In this document: piece by piece, positions 22,398-33,444 of the stretch | Numbering within the stretch: position 1 is the stretch's first letter | Layout of the letters: the number at the start of each line of letters is the position of its first letter | Origin: a virus | Taxonomy: Duplodnaviria > Caudoviricetes | Length of the DNA stretch: 64,000 nucleotides | Direction: 5' to 3' (one strand) | Virus record (IMG/VR): IMGVR_UViG_3300013830_000002 | Coordinates: 1 to 64,000 of that record | Notes under the pieces: generated by a model | Seen by the model: only the letters and a program-made list of their open reading frames with translations | Databases searched by the model: none | What the model was told of the DNA's origin: nothing | Program-made: the position numbers and the translations under genes

Positions 22398-23157
22398 TGA
22401 AATAGATTCAAACATTCAGGCTCTTGAAAATACAGAGTCTGTAAATCCAGAAACATCAAGATTCAGCAGTGCTGAATGGTTCAAGGTTGCCCAGAAACAA
22501 TCCATCTGTGTTTGTGGAGTAGGTGGTATAGGTTCATGGGCTGCATTCATGCTTTCAAGGCTTAACCCGAAGAAACTTATAATGATTGACCCTGATGTGG
22601 TTGAAGACCATAACCTTGGAGGCCAATTTTATTCATCAGATGATATTAGTCAGTATAAAGCTGATGCAATGGCTAAAATAATTCAGAAATTCAGTGGTTT
22701 CAAGAAGGTAGAATGTTTTCATAGTCTTGTAACGTCGGCAACAAAGGTTCCACCTGTTGTGCTCGGAGGATTTGACAACATGAAAGCAAGAAAGGCTCTC
22801 TATGAAGCATGGAAGGCAAACCTTCTAAGCCAGCCTGCTACTGTTGACAAGAAGAAATTCCTTCTTATTGATGGAAGGCTTTCAGCTGAGCAGCTTCAGG
22901 TGTTTTGCTTTACAGGAGCCGATGATTACTATATGGCAGAATATGAGAAAAACTGGCTCTTCTCTGATGATGAGGCAGAATCAACAGTCTGCTCATATAA
23001 GCAAACTTCGTATTGTGCAAATCTGATAGGCTCTTTGATGGCCAATCTTTTTGTTAATTGGTGTACTAATCAGTGTGATGGGCTTCTCATTGACAGGGCA
23101 TTACCTTTTATGACTGAATATGAGGCTTCACAAATGTTTCTAAGAGAACAAGTATGA
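22387..23157 (+). CDS. ThiF/E1-like ubiquitin-activating adenylyltransferase
   Basis: SRF, GVGGIGSW, DPDVVEDHNLGGQ, FDNMKAR, DGRL, candidate catalytic Cys in VCSYKQT. Confidence 0.9.
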   Translation: MSIDEIDSNIQALENTESVNPETSRFSSAEWFKVAQKQSICVCGVGGIGSWAAFMLSRLNPKKLIMIDPDVVEDHNLGGQFYSSDDISQYKADAMAKIIQKFSGFKKVECFHSLVTSATKVPPVVLGGFDNMKARKALYEAWKANLLSQPATVDKKKFLLIDGRLSAEQLQVFCFTGADDYYMAEYEKNWLFSDDEAESTVCSYKQTSYCANLIGSLMANLFVNWCTNQCDGLLIDRALPFMTEYEASQMFLREQV

Positions 23158-23831
23158 ACAGGGTAGGAATGAACATAGATGAATATGTATGTAGACTGTT
23201 TTCAAATCAGTACAGTGAGACACACAATATAGTCAGTAATGACAACAGAACACTTGGATTTCTTCATTTTTACCCACATAGGGGATGTATGTGGATTCCG
23301 CCAAGAATTCTTAATAGAGTTCCACTTACTAGCAATAATTCTGAAGAACTTCAACATGAGATAGTAGTGCCTGTAGTTACTAACAATATAAATGACGGAA
23401 AATCATTATGGTCAATAATAAGGAAACTGGATAATACGAGGGCATTCCTTCCCAACTTTAATATCTATACGTTTGATAGTATGGTATTCTCAGAAGACAG
23501 ACAGATTCTGAGTATGCCACTTGTGAAGGTAACTCGTGTAAAAACAAAGAGCACAAGGGATGACTCTGATATATATGTCCTGCATCTTTCATGCCCGACT
23601 ATTTGTTTCAACCAGACATTGTTTACTGATAATAAATACAAGGGTTATCGAAACTTTGTGGTGAATAAAGTGCTACCTTTATTGACAAAAAAGTTCTATG
23701 ATGAGCGTGTCAATATTCTTATTCGTTCAGACCTGAATGAGCTGATTACTTATGTTAAAGAACCTGAACCTGATGATGATATTGATACTGAGTGCATAAA
23801 GAACATAAAATACAATTTGAACATTGTCTGA
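23154..23831 (+). CDS. hypothetical protein
   Basis: ATGA-coupled to E1. Confidence 0.75.
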   Translation: MNRVGMNIDEYVCRLFSNQYSETHNIVSNDNRTLGFLHFYPHRGCMWIPPRILNRVPLTSNNSEELQHEIVVPVVTNNINDGKSLWSIIRKLDNTRAFLPNFNIYTFDSMVFSEDRQILSMPLVKVTRVKTKSTRDDSDIYVLHLSCPTICFNQTLFTDNKYKGYRNFVVNKVLPLLTKKFYDERVNILIRSDLNELITYVKEPEPDDDIDTECIKNIKYNLNIV

Positions 23832-23834
23832 AAT

Positions 23835-24500
23835 ATGACACAGAAAGAATTTTTTGGTGACTGGAGTCCTTACATAGATTTCCAGTCACTGAACAGAGCT
23901 CTTGTACATATTCAAAGAGAGGGTAATTTTCTTCCTTCAGCTGACAAGGTTTTTGAGGTATTCAAGGTATGCAAGCCTGATGACATAACAATGGTCTGGC
24001 TTGGGCAAGACCCTTATCCACAAAAAGACGTTGCCACAGGACTTGCATTTGCCAATAAAGCAAGCACTCCTGAAGACAGAATATCACCTTCACTGAATGT
24101 GCTGAAAGAAGCCATGATTAATTTTGAGATAAATCATGCAACTATTGTATTTGACGACAGTCTGATGCATCTTGCCAAGCAGGGAGTAATGCTGCTTAAC
24201 AGTTCATTGACTGTAAAGCCTTATTCTCCTGGCTCACATGCATTCTACTGGAGACCGTTCATGAGATTCTTTGTAAAGAAGTTCTCTGAAACTCATCCAG
24301 GAATGCCGTGGATTCTGTTTGGCAAACAAGCACAGAGCTTTGAAAAGGACATTAATCCGAATTGTGGAATTTTCAAAGCTGAACACCCTGCTTCACTTGC
24401 AAGAAAGCATGAAAAGCTTCCCTATACCCTCTTTGCTAATGTCAATAAATATCTTTTTGACAGAAATGGTATAAGGATAAGATGGTATGATGAACTTTAA
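23835..24500 (+). CDS. ung: uracil-DNA glycosylase (family 1)
   Basis: GQDPYP, ATGLAF, LLN, HPASL. Confidence 0.92.
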   Translation: MTQKEFFGDWSPYIDFQSLNRALVHIQREGNFLPSADKVFEVFKVCKPDDITMVWLGQDPYPQKDVATGLAFANKASTPEDRISPSLNVLKEAMINFEINHATIVFDDSLMHLAKQGVMLLNSSLTVKPYSPGSHAFYWRPFMRFFVKKFSETHPGMPWILFGKQAQSFEKDINPNCGIFKAEHPASLARKHEKLPYTLFANVNKYLFDRNGIRIRWYDEL

Positions 24501-24512
24501 AGTTTTTCTGAC

Positions 24513-25574
24513 ATGGCATTTGCCGATTTAGGATTAAAGATTCCTGAAGCTGACTATCATGCAAGGAGTGAAATCTCCTATAGCCAGCTTCAGAATTTTG
24601 ACAGGGAGGGATTTGATTATCTTGACCATAAGGATGATGGTCTTGATACCCCCTATTTGACATTTGGTTCAATGGTTGACTGCCTGATTACTCAACCAGA
24701 AGGAACCTTTGACAAGGAATTTGTAGCTTGTGAAATTACTATTACAGATTCTATAGCAGCAATCATAAAAGCTATTGCTGACAGCACTGATGACACAGTA
24801 ACCCAGTTTGCCCTTGTAGAAGATGATGTTATTCTGCAGGCAGCAAAAGATGCAAACTGGTACAATAACTGGAAGGATGCTACAAGAGTAAGCAAAATCA
24901 GGGAACAGGGAAGTGAGTATTTCAATTTCCTGAAGAAAAATAGTAATAAAACTGTTGTATCCAAGGAGGATATGGACGATGCAAAAGCATGTGCTGATGC
25001 TTTGAAAAATGACTCAATCACAGGAGCTATATTTGCAACTACTACAAATGCTAATATTGAACAGGTTTATCAACTTCAGCTTCTTGGAAAGTTCAATTAC
25101 ACACAGGCTACGGATGGAGTGGCTGAGGATGTATCAATTCCTGTTAAAGGAATGTTAGATTTTGTAGTAGTGGACAATACTAACAAAACTATTCAGCCTT
25201 ATGACTTGAAAACTTCAAAAAGTGTATACACATTTGAAGACAGTTTCTATAAATACAGATATTACCTGCAGGCAGAAATGTATACGGAATTGCTTAAACA
25301 AGCAATAGCCACAACTGAACAATACAAAGATTATACAATACTTCCTTACAAGTTTATTGTTGTTGACAGAGTTCATAAGAAACCAGTAGTATTTCTATGG
25401 AATACAACGTCCAATATAAAGGATAAATATGGCCAAGTTCGTAAGGCCTGCAAGAAGCTTGCATTTGATTTTCATAATGCCCTTACAGGAGCCAACCTTC
25501 CTTATGAATGGGAGCATGAAATAAAAGATGGAAAGAATTCTGCTGTTACAATACAGAATTACTACACTGCTTAA
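24513..25574 (+). CDS. PD-(D/E)XK exonuclease (RecE/DUF3799-like)
   Basis: ISYSQL, FGSMVD, KGMLD...YDLKT, YYLQAEMY. Confidence 0.82.
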   Translation: MAFADLGLKIPEADYHARSEISYSQLQNFDREGFDYLDHKDDGLDTPYLTFGSMVDCLITQPEGTFDKEFVACEITITDSIAAIIKAIADSTDDTVTQFALVEDDVILQAAKDANWYNNWKDATRVSKIREQGSEYFNFLKKNSNKTVVSKEDMDDAKACADALKNDSITGAIFATTTNANIEQVYQLQLLGKFNYTQATDGVAEDVSIPVKGMLDFVVVDNTNKTIQPYDLKTSKSVYTFEDSFYKYRYYLQAEMYTELLKQAIATTEQYKDYTILPYKFIVVDRVHKKPVVFLWNTTSNIKDKYGQVRKACKKLAFDFHNALTGANLPYEWEHEIKDGKNSAVTIQNYYTA

Positions 25575-25585
25575 ATAACATACTG

Positions 25586-26080
25586 ATGAAAATTAAAGTA
25601 AAACTTTTAGAGGCAGGAGCACTTCCTGAAATTATTAAAAAGGGTGACTGGATTGACCTTCGTTCAAGATTCGACTATAATGGCCAGGCTCCAAAAACAG
25701 CCCTCGATGGAAGTATTGTCTTTGATACATAGATAATCAAGCTTGGGGTAGCCATGAAACTGCCAAAAGGGTTTGAGGCTATTGTAGTATCACGAAGTGG
25801 AACTTTCAAGCATTATGGATGTATCCAGACTAATGCCTCTGGAGTAATTGACAATACTTACTCAGGAAATGATGATGAGTGGGGTTATCCTGCTACTTTT
25901 CTGAAAGCAGGACATATATCTGCTGGAGACAGAGTCTGCCAGTTCAGAATTCAGCTGAGCCAGAAAGCTACTATGTGGCAAAAACTAAAATGGCTGTTCA
26001 GCAAAAAGATAGAAATTGTAGCAGTGGATAAATTAGATAAGGTAAACCGTGGTGGTTTTGGTAAATCAGGTAAGAAATAA
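25586..26080 (+). CDS. dut: dUTPase (1 TAG)
   Basis: GDWIDL (motif 1) upstream of the TAG; SRSG, GVIDNTY, QFRI, RGGFGKSG. Confidence 0.9.
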
Positions 26081-26082
26081 TT

Positions 26083-26490
26083 ATGGCTTTTATCAAATTC
26101 AATAATAAAATAGACTCTTTAAAACTAGTAATAGTAACGTTATTTGCAGATAAAAAACCTTTCAATTTCGTAATTGATACTGGAAGTAATATATCTCACA
26201 TAAGTATTCCTTCTGCGAAGAAACTTCCAAATGCTATATCTATTGCTGCATAGGATAAACAGGTAGGAGGGATAAGTGGCTCTGTAAATGCAACAGGAAA
26301 AATAAAGCAGACATTTGTCAATGATGTATTCAAGTTCACTCATGAGTTTTTTGTAACTAATCTAGACAGTTTAGTGAGAGATATTTACGAATGTTCTAGA
26401 ATTAAAGTTGACGGTATTTTAGGCACTGATTTCCTGATTAAGTACAGATGTCATTTAGATTTCAAGAAAAACCGACTTCATCTTGGATAA
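26083..26490 (+). CDS. retropepsin-like aspartic protease (1 TAG; absent from the ORF track)
   Basis: FVIDTGS and DGILGTDFL motifs in one frame. Confidence 0.85.
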
Positions 26491-26493
26491 TTT

Positions 26494-29400
26494 ATGATAT
26501 ATCTTGTTACTAAAAATCAGGAATTGTTTGAAAATTCTAACTATAAAATTATAACTCCCGAGGAAAGTCTAAAGATGCTTAGTAGTTTGAAAGTTATAGG
26601 ATTTGATACTGAAACTGAAGGGCTTGATTGCCATACAAAAGCTCTTCTTTCTTTACAGTTAGGATGCTATGATTGGCAAGTTGTAGTAGATTGCAAAACT
26701 ATCAATCCTCTGATTTATAAGGAGTTATTTGAATCTTCTGAGCATCTTTTTCTTGGGTGGAACTTGAAATTCGATACCAAATTTCTTTACAAATATAAAA
26801 TAGTTCCAAAGAATCTGTATGATGGATTTCTGGCAGAAAAGTTGTTATGGCTTGGCTATCCGTCAGGACTTCATTCACTAAGTCTAAAACATGCAGCTGA
26901 AACGTATATAGGATACGAAATGGATAAAACAGTTCGAGGTCAGATTATTTGGAAGGGGCTATGTGAGGAAACTATTATTTATGCTGCAAATGATGTTAAA
27001 TATCTTGAAAAAATTATTATTAAGCAAAGGGAGGCCCTTAGAGAAAAGGGATTATTAACAGCGATTGACGTTGAAAATAGGTTTTTGTTGCCTCTTTCCT
27101 ATATGGAGTATTGTGGCATTAAAGTTGATGTCAAGAAATGGAAAGAAAAGATGGCTAAAGACAATGCCGGGGAAAAAGCAGCTAAGAAAGCTTGCGATGA
27201 ATGGCTTTTGAAAGCAGTCAATGAAGGAATTACTGATGAAATAATGTATGTGATTTATCAAGGAAACACTGTTCCCCTTGATAGTATTGACATGTCCAAG
27301 ATGACTCCTTCTGAAATAGAAAACATCAAAAGTAGGGCATATCCAATAAAATCGAAGGTAGATTTATCTGAATTTAGAAAATACATTACTATAGACAGAC
27401 AAGGAACGCTGTTTGATGATTTTGGTAATGTAAATGAAAATCCCTATGATTTAACTCCAAAAATATCAATTAATTGGAACAGTGCAAAACAGCTTATTCC
27501 ACTGTTTAAAAAGTTTGGAGTAAATGTTGAAGTAGATGATAAAGAAAAGGGTGGAAAGAAAGACAGTATTGATGCTAAAGTGCTTAAACCACAAAAAGCA
27601 AAATGTTCCTTGATTCCACTTTACCTTGATTACAGAGAAGCTGTAAAAGTGACCTCTACTTATGGAGAAAATTTTCTTAAGCAAATTAATCCTGTCAGTG
27701 GAAGAATACATACTAATTACACCTAGTTAGGTGCTGATACAACTAGGATTACTTCAGGCGGTAAGGACAAAGCTGCAAAAGTTGAATATATTAATTTATT
27801 AAATCTTCCATCAGATGAAGAAACCAGGTCATGCTTTGTGGCTGAACCTGGAAACTCTTGGATTTCAATTGATTACTCAGGGCAAGAAACTTATTTAATG
27901 GCTTCCATTGCCAATGATAAAGCAATTATTAAGGAATTGACCGAAGGAAGCGGAGATAAGAGATTGTTTCCCTATATAGTAATATATAGTAAAAAACTGG
28001 GAAAAATCGGTAGAAAAATTGAAAAATTTTAATTATGAAATTTGCGGAATGTTTACAAAAATTTAATTTATAGCAAGCGGTTGAAATGATGAGAAAAGGC
28101 TACAAATAGGCAGAAATAGGAAAAGTATTTGAAATAGAAGCTCAAAGAGTGAGTGATTGTTTTAAATACTATAATGTACATTTTGATAAAAGAGGGATGT
28201 ATATCAATGACACATATTTTGATGTAATTAACACAGAAGAAAAAGCTTATTTGCTCGGATTTCTTGTGGCCGATGGCTGCTGTAGATTAGAAAAAAGAAA
28301 GAATAAAGTTACAAAACGTATAGCTTTTAATAATACTATTGATGATAAAGAGGCTATAGAAGCATTACATAATAATATATGCCCTAATGCTGCATTAACA
28401 GTTAAAAAGTACACATTTAATAGAAGGAAAACTCCTCAGTATACATTATAGTGGACATCTCCCTATATGTTTGATGTCCTACAAGAAAAATATAATATAG
28501 GGCCTCATAAAACTTTGGATAAAGATTTCTTTATTCCAGAAAATGTTATACCTGAGACCTTATGGAGACATTTTATTAGAGGGTTCTTTGACGGAGACGG
28601 GCATGTTGGTAGCTGTACAATTGAATTTGTATTTACTTCTAAACCATTTATGTAGTAGATAATGCACTTCTTTAGTAATTTTCATTATAGAACTTATCAT
28701 ATACAGGGAAAAACCACTGATTACTGGAAAGTAGTAATTCCTGCTGAAGATAAGATTAAAAAAGTTATACGAGACTTCTTTTATAAAGATGCTACTCTAT
28801 ATTTAAAGAGAAAATATGAAGCTTTCTATACCGAGATAACCTATGGCTTGAGTAATAGAGTCATAGAGATTGTAGAGCATAGGGCTGAATAAATATAATG
28901 CCCCACGAGTCCCCAGCTCCTGCTAGTCAGGATGAAAATTTATGCCGAGCTACAGAGAGAGTTCAAGTATCTGTAGAACTATCAGATAAAAAACTGATAG
29001 GATAACAAAACTGATTCATAGTTTAACTGCCTATATGAGTTACCCACAAATTCCACGAGATACTCCTATTAAGGATATAAAGAAATTGTTTCATAATTTG
29101 CGTCAAGAGGCCAAAGGGATTGAGTTCGCAATTAATTACGGCGGAGACGCAAATACAATTTCAAGAAATAAAGGAATTCCTCTTGATGAGGCAAAGAAAG
29201 TATATAATAACTATATGTCAGGTTTTAAAGGACTTAAGGCATATCAGGAATTTAGAAGAAAAGATTGGTTTAATAAAGGATATATTTTACTGAGCCCCTT
29301 AACTGGTCATAAAGCTTTTATTTATGATTATGAGGAGCTCAAGAAACTAAAAGCAAGTTTTTCAGAACCAGGATTTTGGGATTATTATAGGGAAATGAAG

Positions 29401-30610
29401 GCAACTTCACCATCATGTCAGACTGTACAGAATGTAAGGCATTTTTTCAAGAGAAAATCTGCATCTGAAAAGCAGTCTATTAATTATCCAATTCAGGCAG
29501 CAGGTTCGATGTGCCTGAGGATGAGCATGATTTATTTCTTTCAGTGGCTTAGAGAAAACAATTTATTATTTAAGGTACTTATTTGTGTAAGTCCCTACGA
29601 TAAGCAATTTTGTTGTAGTAAAACAATGTTAACTGCTTGAAACTCTTAAAGATTTAAATACAAAAATGTTGTAAAACATAACTGTAAAAATATTAAATAT
29701 GATAACAATAGACAATAAGCAACTTTATAATTTTACAGAAGGTCAGACTCAAGTATTCTTAACTTCTCAGTTGGGAGACGGCTGTATTACCACTTCAAAT
29801 AGTGGTAGCACTTACTATTTATCTAATTGCAAGTATAAAGAATATCTTGAGTTTAAAAAACAATTAATAGGAAAAGGTCGAATAAAAAAGCAACTTAGAA
29901 ATGGATACTCTCAGACTCCTATATGGCTATACTATGGAGGAGCTTGGGAGCATCTCTCTGATATTAAAAATATGGAATTATCTGAAAGACTGGCTAATCT
30001 GGATGAATTGGGTTTAGCACTTTGGTTTTATGATGATGGAAGTCTTCATAAAAGAGACTGCTATTATAATTTAAATACTCAAAAGTTTAGCTTTGATGAA
30101 CATGAAAAGGTTCTTGTCCCATATTTTAATAGTATTGGATTAACAGCTCATATTAGAATTGATAAAAGTCATAGTCATCCTTTATACTATTTAGGATTTA
30201 ATAAATATGAAGGAGCTTATGATATACATTTGTTACTCCAAAAGTTTCCTGTTAATTGCTATTCCTATAAATTATGGAGCTCAGAGACTATCCAGAAATG
30301 GAGTAAACTTCAAGAGAGGTTGAAAAGCATTGGCAGAGTATTAACTCCTAGACAGAAATCTGTAATTTGGAGAACTCTGTAAGATATAGTCCGAACTTAC
30401 TGGAGACAGTAAGAGAATATATGGATTCGATATATTCGTAACATATTGGAAATTAATTGTGAGGCCCCAAAAGAAATTGCTCAAAAAGTAGCAGAAAAAC
30501 TGCATGAGTGTATGGTAAAGGCAGGAGCAATATTCTGTACAAGATGTAAGCTTGATGCTGATATATCCTTTAATAGTGATGGTACTTTACCAGACCATTG
30601 GGTACATTAA
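26494..30610 (+). CDS. polA: DNA polymerase family A, 1 TAG and two group I introns; exons 26494-27957, 29014-29601, 30449-30610
   Basis: Exonuclease FDTET; RIHTNYT(TAG)LG; motif A IDYSGQE; GD|IHSLTA; motif B RQEAKGIEFAINYG; motif C PYD|EI. Confidence 0.93.
27958..29013 (+). mobile_element. group I intron 1 in polA
   Basis: U|...actG boundaries restore GSGDIHSLTA. Confidence 0.88.
28035..28892 (+). CDS. intron-encoded LAGLIDADG endonuclease (5 TAG)
   Basis: AYLLGFLVADG and FIRGFFDGDG; three track fragments share one frame. Confidence 0.87.
29602..30448 (+). mobile_element. group I intron 2 in polA
   Basis: aactgcttgaaac, ctcagagacta, aagatatagtcc; splits motif C D|E. Confidence 0.9.
29699..30382 (+). 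CDS. intron-encoded LAGLIDADG endonuclease (no TAG)
   Basis: TSQLGDG, LALWFYDDG. Confidence 0.85.
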   Translation: MITIDNKQLYNFTEGQTQVFLTSQLGDGCITTSNSGSTYYLSNCKYKEYLEFKKQLIGKGRIKKQLRNGYSQTPIWLYYGGAWEHLSDIKNMELSERLANLDELGLALWFYDDGSLHKRDCYYNLNTQKFSFDEHEKVLVPYFNSIGLTAHIRIDKSHSHPLYYLGFNKYEGAYDIHLLLQKFPVNCYSYKLWSSETIQKWSKLQERLKSIGRVLTPRQKSVIWRTL

Positions 30611-30642
30611 ACTCTAATTATTAATTTATGATATAGTAGCAG

Positions 30643-30825
30643 ATGAGTGGAATTAAGATTAGTTCTAAAACAAAGGCTAAAGAAACTCTGAAACTAGCTA
30701 ATCATCTAATGTCATATCTTTTTGAGCAAGAGTATGGTGAATTAAGTAACTGTACTACTTCTCAAAAGAAAATCCTTAAAGATGCTTTATTAGTTTTAAA
30801 CTCTATAGTCAGTAAAAGTAAGTAA
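30643..30825 (+). CDS. hypothetical protein
   Basis: 60 aa ORF. Confidence 0.55.
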   Translation: MSGIKISSKTKAKETLKLANHLMSYLFEQEYGELSNCTTSQKKILKDALLVLNSIVSKSK

Positions 30826-30993
30826 GTGCATGATAAAAATATTAGCTAATGACTGAGTTTGTGAAAAATGGTAAGAGACTGAAGTCTATTGCTGAGTGCC
30901 ATAAGATATGTTACTCTTGCAATAGACTTCAATTTTGTTTAAGTGATAAATGGTGTGATAAGTGTTATGAATAATCATAATTAAGGAAATGAT

Positions 30994-31197
30994 ATGCAAT
31001 ATATTTATGTTTTAGATTATTCTACTCCTAGTAGAGTAACTATAAAAGTATCTGATGATATAAATGTAGAAGAAAAGATTGATGATATTCTTAGTATAAA
31101 TCATCTAAAAGCTAGTGAATGTTCTTGGATGGTTAGTAATAAACCTTTATATGATGAAGTAGCTGTAGGCATTTTTAATGTAAATATAATTATGTAA
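30994..31197 (+). CDS. hypothetical protein
   Basis: 67 aa ORF. Confidence 0.6.
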   Translation: MQYIYVLDYSTPSRVTIKVSDDINVEEKIDDILSINHLKASECSWMVSNKPLYDEVAVGIFNVNIIM

Positions 31198-31416
31198 TTA
31201 AACTAATATAGTAAAAGGTTTAATAATGTTTGGTTTTGGTTTAATAATAGGTTTCATTATAGGAATAATCTATATGAATAGCAGTAATGATAATGATAAT
31301 TTAGCATGAGTAATAATGAACTTTCGGATAATGAAGCTAGAGGTTGTGGATGCTTAATAATATTTTGTTTATATTATTTTAGCAGTAGTTATTCAAAATA
31401 TAATATTATATTAATT

Positions 31417-31881
31417 ATGACAGGAGAAGAATATTGGAATCTTAAAAGAGGTAGTAATGTTACTGTAGAAACTCCTTTTAGTTATTTTACAGAAGGACAA
31501 GTACTTAGAGTAGAATATGTAGATAACATGCATCAACAGGTATTTCTTAGAGATACTTCTGCATCTTTAGGTGACCAAGTAAAGATAGTTTCTACTTTAT
31601 TTATGCTTGATTTCTTTGTTACAGGAGGTGAATTACCTAATAAAAAGAATGATAAAGTACTTGAGTTGCCCTTTAAAGTAGGTGATAAAGTATGGTTTAT
31701 AGTAAACAATGAAGTACATGAGGGAACATTGACAGAATGTAATATAACAATAAACCAAGATGGCACACAAATATGTTACAATGTTCTGTATTATAATCGT
31801 ATTCATTGTAAAGTAGAAGCTAAAGGAATTGCAAGTAGCAAGTTATTTAAAACTAAAACAGAATTATTAGCATCATTATGA
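31417..31881 (+). CDS. hypothetical protein (SH3-like, LPFKVGDKVW)
   Basis: Likely start at 31417 within the track ORF. Confidence 0.65.
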   Translation: MTGEEYWNLKRGSNVTVETPFSYFTEGQVLRVEYVDNMHQQVFLRDTSASLGDQVKIVSTLFMLDFFVTGGELPNKKNDKVLELPFKVGDKVWFIVNNEVHEGTLTECNITINQDGTQICYNVLYYNRIHCKVEAKGIASSKLFKTKTELLASL

Positions 31882-32471
31882 TTGATATTAAAAATATAAA
31901 AGGAAAACTTTTTCAACATATATGTACAGGAGAAATAAGAAAAGTAGTATATGCTGATGATGATTGTGTAACATTATGTGACAAGTCCAGATATTCTATA
32001 TGTTATACAGTAGATTTTTTAAAGTTTTGGAAGCCTTATGAAGAAGATGATAAAGTATTAAAGGATATAAAAATTGGGCAACTATATCAGCATACTCCTA
32101 CAGGAATAGTTAGGAGAGTATTCTATGTTGGTAAGAATTATGTAGCACTACAAAATAATTCTAATTATTCTCGGTGCCTTATAAAAGATTTTTTAAAGTT
32201 CTGGAAGCCCTATTATAAAGTTTCTGATGCTTCTAATGATAAAGTAAATCACCCTTCTCATTATACATGGCTTAAAGATTTATGTGGTATTGAAGTAATT
32301 GATATTACAAGACACATGGACTTTAATCTTGGCAATAGCATTAAGTATATTCTTCGTTCTGGACATAAGAAAGAAGAAGGATATACTGATAAACAAAAGA
32401 CTATAGAAGACCTTAAGAAGGCTATATGGTATATTAATGATGAAATCAGTATGTTGCAAAAGGAGAATTAA
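31878..32471 (+). CDS. DUF3310/SaV-like protein with duplicated N-terminal domain
   Basis: VNHPSHY, IEVIDI, FNLGNSIKY, EDLKKAIWY. Confidence 0.8.
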   Translation: MIDIKNIKGKLFQHICTGEIRKVVYADDDCVTLCDKSRYSICYTVDFLKFWKPYEEDDKVLKDIKIGQLYQHTPTGIVRRVFYVGKNYVALQNNSNYSRCLIKDFLKFWKPYYKVSDASNDKVNHPSHYTWLKDLCGIEVIDITRHMDFNLGNSIKYILRSGHKKEEGYTDKQKTIEDLKKAIWYINDEISMLQKEN

Positions 32472-32649
32472 CTATGAGAAAATGGATGATTTTCCTGATG
32501 TGGGTTATGACCTAGAGAAAAATGTGTGGTTTGTACCAGAAGATATGATAAACAATAAATAAGCTAATAATGTAGGTACTATAGTTACTATAATCACTAT
32601 TGCATCTATAGTAGCTATAGTATCTATCACTACTTTAAATTTACAAATC

Positions 32650-32937
32650 ATGGAAGATGATATAAAGACTATTGCATCTGATGGAATTGATAAAACTACT
32701 CGTAGAATCAATGCTATAAAGTTTATGTTAAAGGTTATACAAGATAGAGAGTATCATTTGCATTTCTGTCTTAATGGTAAAACTACTTTTACAGGAGAGG
32801 CTGGAAGAGTTGAGCATGACTTATTGTGTAGTTGTAAAGAAGATATACTTAATAGACTAAGCAAAATGCTCAAGGAAGAGGAAACTAGACTTGATACCTA
32901 CTATTACTTACTAGCAGCAGAAAATAAGAAAAAGTAA
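32650..32937 (+). CDS. hypothetical protein
   Basis: 95 aa ORF. Confidence 0.6.
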   Translation: MEDDIKTIASDGIDKTTRRINAIKFMLKVIQDREYHLHFCLNGKTTFTGEAGRVEHDLLCSCKEDILNRLSKMLKEEETRLDTYYYLLAAENKKK

Positions 32938-32951
32938 AGAAATTATAAATT

Positions 32952-33407
32952 ATGGAAGTAATAACAACAACAGTTTTTAAAGCTTTTGATGGAAAAATAT
33001 TCAAAAGCAAAGGAGAATGTGAAAAATATGAATTCTCAAAGAAAGAAATAGAAGAGAATATAAAATACTTTAAGGTTTACTATCAACCAGAATTAACAGA
33101 AACAGGCTACTTCCAAAGAATAATGTTTGTAGCAGTTTATAGTGAGTTTCATCATCTTGATATAGTAACTAATTACTGTATAAAGAAATTTGGGTACTTA
33201 GGTCCTTCAGTACAAGGTTATGGTTTTCAAAAGTATTTTGAAATAGATAATATAAAGAAAGAAGAATTTTTTGAAAAGCAAGTTTCTCCTTTTAACAAAG
33301 AAATTGTAGCTTCGAGATTTTTAATCTTATCTCCCAAAGAACTTGAAGATTACTTCCCAAAAGATTCAATATATTTTGATTATATGAAAGAATGGGGATT
33401 TAAGTAA
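32952..33407 (+). CDS. hypothetical protein
   Basis: FKAFDGKIF...CEKYE phage motif. Confidence 0.75.
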   Translation: MEVITTTVFKAFDGKIFKSKGECEKYEFSKKEIEENIKYFKVYYQPELTETGYFQRIMFVAVYSEFHHLDIVTNYCIKKFGYLGPSVQGYGFQKYFEIDNIKKEEFFEKQVSPFNKEIVASRFLILSPKELEDYFPKDSIYFDYMKEWGFK

Positions 33408-33444
33408 TATCATATTATACAAAAAACATTAAAGTAAATAAACT

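Noticed and set aside
22387-23157. ThiF as a thiamine or molybdopterin biosynthesis enzyme
   Set aside because: No ThiS/MoaD/ThiG context; neighbours are JAB and E2-like genes
32570-32640. 9-nt periodic ctat pattern
   Set aside because: Degenerate; reads as a Thr/Ile/Val-rich stretch in frame with 32650, not a repeat array
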